Assembly (NCBI GenBank): GCA_965262915.1
Contig: OZ253564.1
Span: 160,001 to 224,000, forward strand
DNA length: 64,000 nucleotides
DNA from: Candidatus Spongiisociaceae bacterium
Lineage (GTDB): Bacteria; Actinomycetota; Acidimicrobiia; Spongiisociales; Spongiisociaceae
Direction: 5' to 3'
The position numbers and the translations under genes are program-made. The notes below the pieces were generated by a model. The model was not told the origin of the DNA and made no database searches. It saw only the letters and a program-made list of their open reading frames with translations. Within the stretch, counting starts at the first letter, position 1. Each line of letters opens with the position of its first letter. Positions 1 to 11,044 of the stretch are shown here, one piece after another.

Positions 1-1
1 C

Positions 2-757
2 CGCCTCAGGGGTATCGAAAACGGTGTGGACGATGAACCACCGGTGCGGATCTACGTGATGGGCGACGCCGAGTGGCGCAGCGAGACCGAATGGCCCCTG
101 GCCCGCACCGAGTACCGCCCCCTCTACCTGCACGGCGAAGGCAACGCCGGATCGCTCGCCGGCAACGGGAGAGTGTCGTTGGACCCCCCGGCCGATGAAC
201 CGCCCGACCGCTTCGTGTACGACCCGGAGAACCCCATTCCCACCCTGGGTGGGTGTGACGTGATGCTCGACAACGCCGGGCCCAAGGACCGTTCCGTCCT
301 CCAGCAGCGGAACGACGTGCTCGTGTACAGCGGCGATCGGCTCGAGCACGATCTGGAGGTCACCGGCCCGGTGACGATGACCCTCTACGCCTCCAGCTCG
401 GCGACCGATACGGACTTCACCGCCACCCTCTGCGATGTCCATCCGGACGGCCGGGCGATCATCGTATGCGAGGGAATCCGCCGGGCTCGCTACCGGGACT
501 CGGTCACCGATCCGAAGCTCATGGCACCCGGTACTCCCTACGAGTTCACCATCGACATGTGGCAGACCAGCCAGGTCTTCAAGGCCGGGCACCGGATCCG
601 GGTGGAGGTGTCGAGCAGCAACTTCCCGAGGTTCGATCGCAATCCCAACATGGGTGGTGAGCTGTGGAACGAGACATCCATGCAGCCGGCAACCCAGACG
701 GTGTTCCACGACCGGGACCACCCCAGCCACGTGCTCCTTCCGGTCATCCCCCGTTGA
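2..757 (+). CDS. CocE/NonD family hydrolase, C-terminal part (gene starts before the window)
   Basis: Frame is open from base 2 (RLRGIENGVDDEPPVRIYVMG). W..E.EWP, FVYDPENPIPT, DTDFTATL and GHRIRVEVSSSNFPRFDRNPN are typical of the CocE/PepX_C C-terminal domain. Confidence 0.9.
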   Translation, partial: RLRGIENGVDDEPPVRIYVMGDAEWRSETEWPLARTEYRPLYLHGEGNAGSLAGNGRVSLDPPADEPPDRFVYDPENPIPTLGGCDVMLDNAGPKDRSVLQQRNDVLVYSGDRLEHDLEVTGPVTMTLYASSSATDTDFTATLCDVHPDGRAIIVCEGIRRARYRDSVTDPKLMAPGTPYEFTIDMWQTSQVFKAGHRIRVEVSSSNFPRFDRNPNMGGELWNETSMQPATQTVFHDRDHPSHVLLPVIPR

Positions 758-944
758 ACCTGAATCCACCGACTCGTCATCGTGAATCAGCCTGGCCAGG
801 TCATCTCTGTGGTATCCGAATCACGGACCGTTTCCTTGCCATCCAGGGCCGAAGCCGCCCTAGCCTTGGCTATCGTCGCAGATCAGAAGGACTTTCTATG
901 TGTATCCACCCCTCCGGTGATGCACCCCCGCCGGTGGATTCAGG

Positions 945-1418
945 TTGAAGGAGTTCCGGCTTGCTCCCTGGATCCTGCTAGGAGTCCTGCTGTCGTCCGG
1001 GTGCCACGGGACCGGCGCCGCAGTCCAGGATCAACCGTCCACCACAGCCAAGGTCCAGGATCAACCGTCCACCACAGCCAAGGTCGAGGAGTGCTCCTGG
1101 TGTCCGGCCCCGGACGCGTTCGGAAGCACGGCCGTGGGGCAGCCAGCCTCGTCACAACCCGATCTCATGGATCGACTGCAGTCGACGGCCGGGGGCACCG
1201 CCTTTGCGGATGTCAGCGAGGACCAACTGCTGTCCGACATCCGCGCCGTCTGCGAGGCTTGGGCGGGTGACACGTCTCTGGAGGATACGACAGCCCGGGT
1301 TACTCTCGCTCGCGCCGGACTGCTGGGCGGGTCCGAATCGGAACCGGGACTGGCGGCCTACACGCAACTTCTGGAGACCAGCGCCGATCAACGCTGCCTC
1401 CGCGACCCGACACGCTGA
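945..1418 (+). CDS. Hypothetical lipoprotein with a duplicated QDQPSTTAKV linker
   Basis: Basic N-terminus, hydrophobic stretch and lipobox-like LSSG-C; in-frame 30-bp tandem repeat. Confidence 0.6.
   Translation: MKEFRLAPWILLGVLLSSGCHGTGAAVQDQPSTTAKVQDQPSTTAKVEECSWCPAPDAFGSTAVGQPASSQPDLMDRLQSTAGGTAFADVSEDQLLSDIRAVCEAWAGDTSLEDTTARVTLARAGLLGGSESEPGLAAYTQLLETSADQRCLRDPTR
1023..1085. repeat. 30-bp perfect tandem repeat (2 copies)
   Basis: gtccaggatcaaccgtccaccacagccaag at 1023-1052 and 1053-1082. Confidence 0.95.
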
Positions 1419-1420
1419 TT

Positions 1421-1441
1421 TCAGTTGTCAGTTGTCAGTTG
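1421..1441. repeat. Heptamer tandem repeat (TCAGTTG)x3
   Basis: Read directly, just after the lipoprotein stop codon. Confidence 0.85.
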
Positions 1442-1598
1442 TCTGAACCGCCCCGACACCACCCCACAAGCCCCTACAACCCCAAACCGGCCACCCCCCA
1501 GTATGAGTGAATCAGGGCTAGGTATCCTGAACGCGGCTCGGCATCGTCGCTCGCGATCCGGGCAGAGCACGCGCAAACGCTTGAATGGGGAGCATCCC

Positions 1599-2501
1599 AT
1601 GATTATTGACACCCACGTCTGGCTGTCGAAGCCGGAGAGTTGGGGCGACCTGACCATGATGGACGACGCGATGATCGCTGCTGGTTGGACCGAGATCGGT
1701 GAGAAGACGGGCCTGAACCAGGGTATGAGCGGCGAAGAGATGGTCGCCCGTATGGACGAAGCAGGCGTCGACATAGCTATTAGTCACGCGATCAAGATGC
1801 CTCATCTGAACGCCCACGTGCCGTCCGAGTTCGTGGCGGGCGAGGTGGCCAAGTTCCCCGATCGGCTGATCGGCATGGGCAGCGTCGACCTCCTCGGCGG
1901 CCTCCCCGCGCTGCGGGAGATGGAAGAGATCACAGATATGGGTCTCATCGGCATGAAGATCACACCGGCGCCTGACTACGACATGGACCTCAACGACGAG
2001 CGGATCATGCCCATCTACGAGAAGGCCGAGGAGCTTGGGATGATCATCCAGGTCCACACCGGGTGGGCCGGATACGGGTTGTTGAGCCAGCAGCATCCCC
2101 TGCATCTGGACGAGGTTTCGGTTCGGTTCCCCGACTTGAAGCTGATCGTGGTCCACGCCGGATTCAACTACTACGAAGAAGTCGTGATGATGATGCTAAA
2201 GAACCGCAACATGTACGCCGGGACCGGCTGGTGGGGGTTCCTCCAACCGTTGGAGACCAACGTGCGGTTCTTGAAGTACGCCAAACACTTCAAGGTCCTC
2301 GACAAGTGTCTCTGGGGCACCGACAACTACGACTGCCGCGAAGACGTCCCTTACATCAAGTCCTTCCCCCGCCTCGCCAAGGAGCTCAACATCGCCCCCG
2401 GCCTCCCCGACCTCACCGGCGACGACATCGACGCCTACCTCGGCAACAACGCAGCCCGCCTCCTCCAACTCGGCGGCTCCGATAAGGATCAGCAGAACTG
2501 A
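1599..2501 (+). CDS. Amidohydrolase family protein (Amidohydro_2-like)
   Basis: MIIDTHV, GMKI, VHTG, VHAG and WGTD metal-site motifs; ATG 1599 follows a GGGGAG RBS. Confidence 0.85.
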   Translation: MIIDTHVWLSKPESWGDLTMMDDAMIAAGWTEIGEKTGLNQGMSGEEMVARMDEAGVDIAISHAIKMPHLNAHVPSEFVAGEVAKFPDRLIGMGSVDLLGGLPALREMEEITDMGLIGMKITPAPDYDMDLNDERIMPIYEKAEELGMIIQVHTGWAGYGLLSQQHPLHLDEVSVRFPDLKLIVVHAGFNYYEEVVMMMLKNRNMYAGTGWWGFLQPLETNVRFLKYAKHFKVLDKCLWGTDNYDCREDVPYIKSFPRLAKELNIAPGLPDLTGDDIDAYLGNNAARLLQLGGSDKDQQN

Positions 2502-2517
2502 GGGAAGCTGGTAGCTC

Positions 2518-3571
2518 ATGGCCACCGTGCGTACCGTCCTCGGCGAGATTTCACCGGATGACCTCGGCATCACATTGAGCCACGAGCACCTGCTGCTCGA
2601 CACGTCGCATCTGTTCTGGAACGAGCCTTCCCCAAGCGATCCTCCCGAGATCCACACTCTGGCAGCGGCCCCGGTGACCCCGGAGAGTTCCGACGACTTG
2701 GCCGCCCGCCCGTATCTCTCGAAGGACAACCTGCGGATGACCGAGCGCGATGTTGCGATCCGGGAGCTGTTGTTGTACAGGGATGCCGGGGGGAAGAGCT
2801 TTGTCGATGTCAGCGGCCGGATCCCCGGCTGGCACCCCGATGACCTCGTCGTTGCCAGCGAAGCCACCGGAGTCAACATCGTCGCCTCCACCGGCTGGTA
2901 TATCTCACCTGCCCACCCGCCAAGCCACGCCGAGGCCAGTGTGGACGAACTGGCGGAGATGCTGGTCAAACACATCGAGGTGGGTATCGAAGGCACCGAT
3001 GTGCGCGCCGGGGTGATCGGCGAGCTCGGCATGACCGAGCCGCTCCACCCCCAAGAAGAGAAAGTGCTCCGCGCCGGAGGCCGCGCCCAAGCACGAACCG
3101 GCGTTCCCTTGACCGTGCATCCCATGGTGTTCAAAAAAGAGGCCCACCAATACATCGACATCCTCGAGGCGGAAGGCGCCAACCTCGACAAGGTCTACAT
3201 CAGCCACATGGACGGCAGCTGCCCCGACTACGAGTACCACGAGTCCGTGATGGACCGGGGCGTCTCCATCGACTACGACCTCTTCGGAGACACATCGTGG
3301 AACGACGCGCACCTCCTTTTCGGAGGCGACCACTGGGTCTCGGACCACGAACGTCGTCGAAACGCTGGCCCGCCTCTGCGCCGACGGCTACAGCCAGCAA
3401 ATCATGCTCGCCCAGGATCGGTGTTTGAAAACGCACTGGGTCGCCTACGGCGGCAAAGGCTACGCGTATGTTCTCACCGAGATCGTTCCCCAACTCCTCG
3501 ACGCCGGTGTCACCCAAGACCAGATCGACGACATGCTCATCGAAAACCCGAAACGAATCCTCGCCGTCTGA
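2518..3571 (+). pseudogene. Phosphotriesterase-related (PTER/PHP-like) hydrolase, +1 frameshift near 3354
   Basis: TLSHEHL, GVIGELG, TVHP, ISHMD and YDLFG motifs. The C-terminus (…IENPKRILAV, TGA 3569-3571) is in another frame; comparison with the paralog at 12350 shows one extra base. Confidence 0.85.
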
Positions 3572-3614
3572 GGCCGTGCCGCAAGGCGCGGACAACACCG
3601 AGAGGAGACGAGCC

Positions 3615-3950
3615 ATGGCCACCGTCCGAACGGTCCTTGGCGAGATTCCTTCCGATGATCCCCATTCCTTCCGATGATCCCCGTGTATGCCTGCCCCACG
3701 AGCGCATCATGACCAACTCCAGTGACCTTTTCTGGGAGCCCCCCGGACAGGACGACCCGCCGGAGATCCAGGTGCTGGCGCACGCCCCACGTCACGCTCG
3801 GGAACCGCGACCTCGTTAACGAGCGGCCGTATGTCTGCAGGGACAACCTCAATCTGACGGACCTGCTTATTGCGATCCGGGAGCTGCAGTTGTACCGGGA
3901 TGCGGGGGGCACAGCTTCATCGATGTCGGCGGCTGGATCCCCGGCGCCGG
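3615..3950 (+). pseudogene. Second PTE-family gene, N-terminal fragment
   Basis: MATVRTVLGEI start as in 2518. A 19-bp duplication (attccttccgatgatcccc) and further indels shift the frame; similarity stops at about 3950. Confidence 0.8.
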
Positions 3951-4085
3951 GCCAAGGGCAATCGTCATTGTTCAGCATTCTTCTAGGAATTGTCACACAG
4001 AAGTCTCCCAGCGAGGACGGCCCTGCCATAGATTACCGCGACGGCTAGTGAAGCCTCTCCCGCATTCATCGCCGTCGGATTCTGA

Positions 4086-6307
4086 CTACACCAGCTGCCT
4101 GGGGAATTCATGGTTCCATGACCGCTCGAATACGGGTCGCCCAGTTTCGTAGGCTATTGCACTGTTCGATACGAAGAACCGCTCTGAACTAGACCACATT
4201 CTGCCGTTGACCTCGAGCCGCGTTTGCCACTCGTTTCGTCCGATCTCGATTTCCCATTCTGTCTGGGCCTGCGCGGACAGCGGATCATAAGTGGCGATAC
4301 TGAACGTGTTTCTTTGGATGCCACCAAACTCCAGTCCACCTGCATGAAGTCTCTTCTTGTCGAAATCCTCCACGTATACCGTCGTCACTAAGCCTCTGCC
4401 GACGTCCCGAAACGTTTCTCGGCCTTGCGGTCCTCTCCGCAACACCTGCGTAGCGACCGGTTCGGCCCACTCCGCTTCCGGAAAGGCAACGATTTCCTCA
4501 CGGTTGTTCCACGACCTGAGCGGTACGTCGAGATGGCAATCCTTCGTCTTCACCGTCAAAGTGGCCATCTTCGGCGACGGCCAAAGCCATGGCCAATACG
4601 TCGGCGATATTGCCAAGCGCAGTCGGTGACCGGGTGGAACCGCATACCCAATCGCGTTCAGAGCTATCTCCACAGTCGTGAACTCATCCGAAACCAGTGG
4701 GGCGGGCACGTGATATCCATGCCGGTGTGTGAGGTTAAGCGGCTCTTCGGAAATGAGTGGGGAGTCGGGGATCTGCCAGGGGGAGTGGTAATCCACCAGA
4801 AGTGAGGAGGGGTCCTCCATAATCGGCTGTTGATAAGCGACATCCGAGGCAGGAGGACCCCTGTGGAAGCTGATCCTACGCGCATGTGCGAGAAGTTGGT
4901 AGGCCTAGGTGAGGTTGATCTGGTGGGGATCAACGACTCGGGTGAGGGTACACCGCTTGGGGTGGTGATCGGGTCCCGCAAGCCCCGGCCGGTGTGTGTG
5001 GCATGTGGCGGGTCGGTGTGGTCGAAGGGCTATCGGACGGTTGTGTTGGTGGATTTACCGGCGTTCGGCCGGCCTGTGCGGCTGCGGTGGCGGAAACGCC
5101 GGTGGACGTGCCCGAACCCCGACTGTGAGATCAGGTCGTTCATCGAACAAGACCCCACGATTGGTCCCCAACGGGCGTTGTTGACATCCCGAGCGGCGAG
5201 GTGGGTGACCGTCGGGGTGGGTGGGCGGGGCCGTTCGGTCGACGAGGTCGCCGCAGAGCTGGGTTGTGGGTGGCATACGGTGAACAACGAGGTCGTCCGC
5301 TGGGGCGAAGCACTCCTGGGGGCCGACACCGATCGGATAGGCGAGGTCGGAGCTGTGGGCATCGACAAGAAGCGTTGTTCTGGCGGAAAGGCCGGTGGCG
5401 AACCAAGGTCTGGTGCACCTCTGTCGTCGACGTGGGAGGCCACCAGCCGGTTCGACATAGTCCCTGGTAGAACAGCTGAAAGCGCCGCAGCCTGGTTCCG
5501 ATCCCAACCCCCCGAGTGGCTCGACGGGATCCGCTGGGCGGTGTTGGACATGTCCGGTCCTTACCGGAAGGCGTATAACCGGGTGCTCCCGAACGCTGTA
5601 CAGGTAGCAGACCCGTTTCACGTCATACGCCTCGCCAACCAGCGACTCGACGACCTACGACGCCGCACCCAGAACGAAACCCTCGGGCATCGAGGCCGCA
5701 AGGATGACCCGCTGTATCGGATACGCCGCCTCCTAACCGCCGCTTCCGAGAGGATCAGCGACCGGGGTCAAACCCGGCTGCGTGGTCTTTTGGATGCTGG
5801 TGACCCCCACGGGGAGGTACGCACAGCCTGGCACGCCAAGGAGACGGTACGAGGCATCTACGGGATCGAAAGTCCCGCCCTCGCTCTCCGATACACCCTC
5901 CAACTCGCAGACGACCTCCAACACGAATCCTGCCCACCCGAGATCAACAAGCTAGGTCGCACCATCACCCGCTGGACCCCCCAGATCACCAACTGGCACA
6001 TCTCGAAGGTAACCAACAGATGCCACCGAAGCCCTCAACAACCTCATCAAACGCATCAAACGAGCAGCGTTCGGGTTACCCAACTTCGCCAACTACCGAA
6101 TCCGCGCCCTCCTATATGCGGGGAAACCCAACTGGGACCTCCTCGCCACCGTCACTCCCCACTGAAATCCGAAGAGCCGGTTAAGCGCACCGCGCGTGAT
6201 CAGGGTCGAAGCTCCGGTATCCGATACGCTGCAAAGCCGGGCCATTACCAATGCGTTGGGTTGGTCGGCCGCGAGGCGTAGTCGGACGACTGGAAACCCA
6301 AGAATCT
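4086..6307 (-). pseudogene. CocE/NonD hydrolase C-terminal half interrupted by ISL3
   Basis: 6307-6179 reads EILGFPVVRLRLAADQPNALVMARLC..TLITRGALN. It continues after the IS as LNLTHR..GHRLRLAISPTYWPWLWPSP to the stop at 4086. Confidence 0.85.
4741..6178 (+). mobile_element. ISL3-family insertion sequence with both ends; transposase (4863-6165) frameshifted
   Basis: Terminal IRs GGCTCTTCGGAAATGAGTGGGGAGT / GGCTCTTCGGATTTCAGTGGGGAGT; 8-bp target duplication GGTTAAGC at 4733-4740 and 6179-6186. Zn-finger CxxC..C, DMSGPY, ADPFHV and TEALNNLIKRIKR motifs. Confidence 0.95.
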
Positions 6308-7480
6308 CGCCGAGACGTCATCCGACGTGACCCGTCGCAACAGCTCACGAGAACACGGCCCCGAAAGCAAAAAGCCAACAACTGCATCGGAGATGTCACG
6401 CACCGTCACCCCGCCGCTGAGGTGGTCGTTGAACCAGCGCATGTGCCAGGCCCGCAGGTAATACGAGCCCACGATCCACCACGTGCCATCCCCCCAGTTG
6501 AACAACGTCAAGTCTCCTTTGAGCCGGCCGTCGTGGCCCAACATCGGGGCAAGCTTGATCCGCCCCGGTGCGGGCAACGCGCTGGCAAAGAGCCGATCGA
6601 GCCACGCCGCGGCGTCGGGACCGGTGACCTCGTACCGGGAGAACCCGGCAATATCGAGGATCCCCACACCGGAACGCACCTGGCGGCACTCTTCGCCGAC
6701 GATGTCAAACGCGTTGGAGCGGCGCAACGTCGGCACCTCCACGAAGCCCTCGGGGGCGAAGTAGATCGAGACCTCGAGACCATACGAGCACCCCCACTGC
6801 GCCCCCGCCGCGGTCATCGCATCGTACGCCGGGGCCATCCGCAGCGGCCGGCCCGCCCACAACTGCTCGTTCGGGTAGGTGATCACAAACCGACGCGAAT
6901 AGAACTGCCCGGTCATCTGGCGGATGTACTCACGGTTCTGGGCGAAGGACCCGAAACCGGCCACGTCCATCGCAAAGATGTCCTCCTCCGGCTCCCCCTC
7001 GATCATCCACTCCGCCATCGACTTGCCCACGCCGCCACCCTGGAGGAAACCGGCCATCACCGCACACGCCGACCAGTAGTTGCGCAACCCAGGCACCGGA
7101 CCCACCAGCGGGTTGCCGTCCGGTGAGAACGTGAACGCCCCGTTCACCCAGCGGCTGATACCGGTGTGCTCGAGGACCGGGTAGCGGGACATCGCAAACG
7201 ACAGCTCACTCGAGATCCGATCCACGTCCGGTGGGATCAACTCCAGGCCGTAATCCCACGGCGCACCATCCATGTTCCAATGCCGGTAATCGCGCTCATA
7301 GACCCCGACCAACACCCCCTGGAGCTCCTGACGCATATAGGTATACCCCTCCAAGTCGATCATCATCGGCACCTCGAAGTCGAGCGCCGCGATCTCGGGG
7401 ATCGTCTCGGTAACCAAATAGTGATGCTGCATCGGCGAGACAGCAAGCTCCACCCCCGCCATCCGTCCCACCTGCTTGGC
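6308..7480 (-). repeat. 1173-bp near-identical internal copy of the GcvT-family gene (matches 16986-18158)
   Basis: Direct sequence match at offset 10678 with only a few substitutions; both ends are fused to unrelated genes. Confidence 0.95.
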
Positions 7481-7760
7481 GGTCAGGCCGGAGCGCATCA
7501 TGCTCGAACCAGCGGACTCGGCGTCACCCGGCGAGGGGTCACGCGTCTACGGGCGCATCGAGGAGATCATCTATCTCGGTGCGGTCACCCACTTCCACCT
7601 CTCGACGCCGTCGTTGGGCCGTTTGTCGAGCCAGAAGCTGTCCGACGAGGTGGCGTCGTCCCTCCACGTCGGCCAGGACGTCGTCGCCTCGTGGAACCGC
7701 GAGCACTCGCTCGTGCTGCCCGGTGGAGGGGTCGACGAGGTCGAGGCGGCCGCCGGGTAA
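7481..7760 (+). pseudogene. ABC transporter ATPase C-terminal TOBE domain fragment (PotA-like)
   Basis: VRPERI..GRIEEIIYLGAVTHFHL..LHVGQDVVASW; no ATPase domain upstream. Confidence 0.75.
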
Positions 7761-7765
7761 AGGGC

Positions 7766-9346
7766 TCAGGCCCTGAGCACCGCGCCGTGGCGGGCTCCGG
7801 TCTCGGCGCCAGACACGATCGTCGGACCGCCGTTCACGATGAGGTGCTCGACCCCTACCGCCAGCCGGTTGGGATCTTCGAGGGAACCACGCTCGGCGAA
7901 CCGGTCGCCGTCGAACACCGCGATGTCGGCCCTATGACCCTCACGTAGCTCACCGCGGTCGGCCAGCCCTACGCGGCCCGCCGGCTGCGCCGTGAGCTTG
8001 TGAACGGCCTCCTCGAGGGACAGGTGCGACGCCTCGCGCACCATGTGGCGGAAGAACCACGAGGCCCAGGTGTATGCGCCGAGGAAGGTCGTTTCGGCGA
8101 GCGGCCCGTCGATGCACAGCGCGGTGGCATCCGACTCCGTCGTGCATAGAGGATGGCGGAAGATCTCGGTCAGCATGTCCTCCTCGTAGCTGTGGACGAT
8201 GACCAGAGCCGGGTGGGGATCGTCGCCTTCGGCGAGGAGAAGGTCGTAGATCGTGTCGAACACGTCGCCTCCTGGCGGAGTCAGGTCGGCCAGCGACCTT
8301 CCGACCCCCTCCGGCGACCCGTCGCTGGCGAACAAGAAGACGCGATCCCAGCCCCCCAGCCCGAACGACGAGATGATGCTCTCATAGCGCTTGAGGCGGC
8401 GTCTCGCCGCCGGATCACGCAATCGGGCCGCGAGGTCGGCCGGTCCGCCTTCGAGCGCCCACTGCGGCAGGGAGGCGCTGAGGTTGGTGATGCCGTGGAG
8501 CCGTGTGTGTGCATCGAACTGCACGTCGAGCCCGTCGGCGACCGCGGCCTCGGCGAGCCCGATCATGGCCTCCAGGGCGCCGTCGGGAGCGCCGCGGTGG
8601 GGGATCAGATGCGAGAGCTGCAGCCTGACGCCCGATGCCATCGAGGCCCTGATGCCCTCTTCGACGGCCTCGATCGCAAGCAAGTCGCGCTCCCTCTCAT
8701 GGGTGGCGTAGAGCCCGCCGCGTGCTGCGACGATGCGGCACAACTCGATGATCTCCTCTTCGGATGCATGGTGCTCAGGCAGGTACTCCAGGCCGGTAGA
8801 CAGCCCGAAAGCGCCGGCGTCCAGGGCGGCTTCGAGCAGCCTCGCCATGTCGCGGGTCTCGGAGGCCATTGCCGGTCGGGCCACATCATCGACTGCAGCG
8901 ATCCGGAGGTTGCCGTTGGGAACCAGGGTGGCAACGTTCACCACGGGGCGGAACTCGTCGAGAAGATCCAGGTAGTCGCCGAGGCTCCCCCAGTCGATCT
9001 TGAGCAGATCCTAGTACCCGTAGATGTTGCCCTTGAAGCGCTCGATGTCGCCCACGAAGGGCCCGCAGCCGTGGCCGCAGTTGCCGACCAACTCGGTGGT
9101 CACCCCCTGGTAGATCTGGCTCTGGGCCCTGGGGTCGACGAGCAGCGTGAAGTCCGAGTGGCTGTGGATGTCGACGAAGCCGGGAGCGACCACCATTTCG
9201 GCGGCGTCGAGCGTGAGCGACGCCTCCCCACTCCGCAGATTCCCGATTGCGGCGATCCGGTCGCCGTTCACACCGATGTCGGCGTTGCGGCCGGGAGCTC
9301 CCGTTCCGTCCACGACGAAGCCGCCGCTCACAACGATGTCAAACAT
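7766..9346 (-). pseudogene. N-acyl-D-amino-acid deacylase (D-aminoacylase) with in-frame TAG at 9011-9013
   Basis: MFDIVVSGGFVVDGTG, PGFVDIHSHSD, GVTTELVGNCG, GLSTGLEY and ADIAVFD; the two ORFs share one frame across a single TAG. Confidence 0.85.
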
Positions 9347-9357
9347 CGGTCTTCCCC

Positions 9358-10338
9358 TCACCACGCATCGGCGTAGAAGTTGCGAGGCCACGAGTGGTCC
9401 CGCAACTTCTCGAGCACCTCAGACACCAACAGCCGCCCGTCTGAGACGGCGCAATTCTGGCCCACATGAGCCAGCGAGCGCATCCCCGGGATAACGGTGG
9501 ACACCGCGTCCTCGCTGAGACAGAAGCGCAGTGCGCCTTCGGCGAGGCTCGAGGCGTGCTCGGCGAGGGTCTCCGCTACTGCTCCGGCCCGGGCTACCGT
9601 CTCGGCCAGGCGGCCGCCTTTGAAGTAGCCGCGGCGCCAGTCACCGGCCGCAAACACGGTGTCGGAGCGGAGGGCACCAGTGAGGCCGCCCTCGTCGAAT
9701 GGAGAACGGGCGATCACGCCGATGTCGAGTTCCTCGCATCGGGGCAGCAGGCGCTCGTGTGCCGACTGGTCGAAGAGGTTGTAGATCACCTGCACGGTGT
9801 CCACCAGTCCCGATTCCAACAGGCGCAGCACCGAATCGGGCTCATGATCGTTAGTGGACACCCCGAAGAACCGGATCTTGCCCCCATTCTTGAGCGCCGA
9901 CACCGCGTCCGCCCACTGGCCCTGGTCGGTCCAGGAGTCGGCCCAGAAGTGGAATTGCTGGAGATCGATGTGGTCGGTGCCGAGACGGCGCAGGCTCTCC
10001 TCGGTGCACGATCGAATCCACCCCGGTGAATAGCAGTCCTCGACCGCCATGTCGTCGGTAGCGGGCCACACACGTGTCTCGAGCGGGACCTTGGTAGCGA
10101 CAATGGGTGTGACATCCGGTCGGCTTACGAGGACCTCGCCTATCAACTCCTCCGACCGGCCTTCGCCGTATCCGTACGCCGTGTCGATGAAGTTGACGCC
10201 CAAGTCCAAAGCGTGATGGAGGGCTTGCTTGGACCCCTCGTCGTCTCGCTCGCCCCAAGCCAGCCCACCGATGCCCCACGTCCCGATGCCGACTTCCGAC
10301 ACTTCCAGCCCGGTACACCCGAGCTTTCGGTAGCGCAT
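9358..10338 (-). CDS. Aldo/keto reductase
   Basis: LGVNFIDTAYGYG, IVATK, SLRRLGTDHIDL, QVIYNL and VIPG motifs. Confidence 0.92.
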   Translation of the reverse strand: MRYRKLGCTGLEVSEVGIGTWGIGGLAWGERDDEGSKQALHHALDLGVNFIDTAYGYGEGRSEELIGEVLVSRPDVTPIVATKVPLETRVWPATDDMAVEDCYSPGWIRSCTEESLRRLGTDHIDLQQFHFWADSWTDQGQWADAVSALKNGGKIRFFGVSTNDHEPDSVLRLLESGLVDTVQVIYNLFDQSAHERLLPRCEELDIGVIARSPFDEGGLTGALRSDTVFAAGDWRRGYFKGGRLAETVARAGAVAETLAEHASSLAEGALRFCLSEDAVSTVIPGMRSLAHVGQNCAVSDGRLLVSEVLEKLRDHSWPRNFYADAW

Positions 10339-10339
10339 C

Positions 10340-11044
10340 TCAACCTTCCGGGGGAAGCGGATTCCACTCTTCGTAGGTCATCCCGACGGCTTGTCGAGGC
10401 TCCTTGGTGCGGACGTGGTTGTAAATGTGCAGGTACGGCCGGTAGACATGGAGCAGGGAGCGAAGCTCGCCGACGGCGTCGGACGCGTGGAAGTCGATGC
10501 GCAAATCGATGTCGGGAAACGTATCCGTCTCGGCCACCACCAGCGTGGCCGAGCGCTCGTAGAAGTCCCCGCCCTGGCCTCCGGCATCGCGACCGGCCTC
10601 CAGGCCGGCCACCAAGCGATCCTCCACAGGATTACCCGCCGCCGACTCGAACGCATCGGCCATCGCTTCGACCACCCCTTCACCCTCGAGGGCGTTCCCC
10701 GTGGCGATGTAGCCGTCGCCGATGACGTGGCCGGACCAGTAGCCTGTCCTGTCCCCGGTGTGCGCAGCGGCGACCCCGTCCGGGGTCAGCACTGCCGTCT
10801 GGCGAAAGGCGTAGTCGGGATCAACGTCGGCCAACCCAGTGACGACTTCCCCAGGAGAGAGACCGCGCTCCAGCATGCCGGTTGCCACGGGGAGCAACCT
10901 GGGATCGGCGTACGCCTGGCTGGCGATCGCGCCGACCCCAGACCGGACCACCTGACAGTACCCGCCGGCGGCGATCGAGTGGGTGGCAATGCCGACGCCG
11001 ACACGGCCCGTCGCAAAGTCACATCCGAGGATCGTGTAAGTCAT
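10340..11044 (-). CDS. DUF1028 family (Ntn-hydrolase-like) protein
   Basis: MTYTILG..GVGIAT, GAIASQA, AAHTG, GNAL, AGGQ and DLRID pattern. Confidence 0.8.
   Translation of the reverse strand: MTYTILGCDFATGRVGVGIATHSIAAGGYCQVVRSGVGAIASQAYADPRLLPVATGMLERGLSPGEVVTGLADVDPDYAFRQTAVLTPDGVAAAHTGDRTGYWSGHVIGDGYIATGNALEGEGVVEAMADAFESAAGNPVEDRLVAGLEAGRDAGGQGGDFYERSATLVVAETDTFPDIDLRIDFHASDAVGELRSLLHVYRPYLHIYNHVRTKEPRQAVGMTYEEWNPLPPEG

Noticed and set aside
1023-1085. 30-bp repeat as a CRISPR array
   Set aside because: Two adjacent copies with no spacer, in frame within a CDS; no cas genes.
1444-1456. TGAACCGCCCCG as an IS3 end
   Set aside because: The match is too short, with no transposase or partner end nearby.
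2518-3819. 433-aa PTE with a novel C-terminus
   Set aside because: The Arg-rich tail is out-of-frame sequence after the frameshift near 3354.
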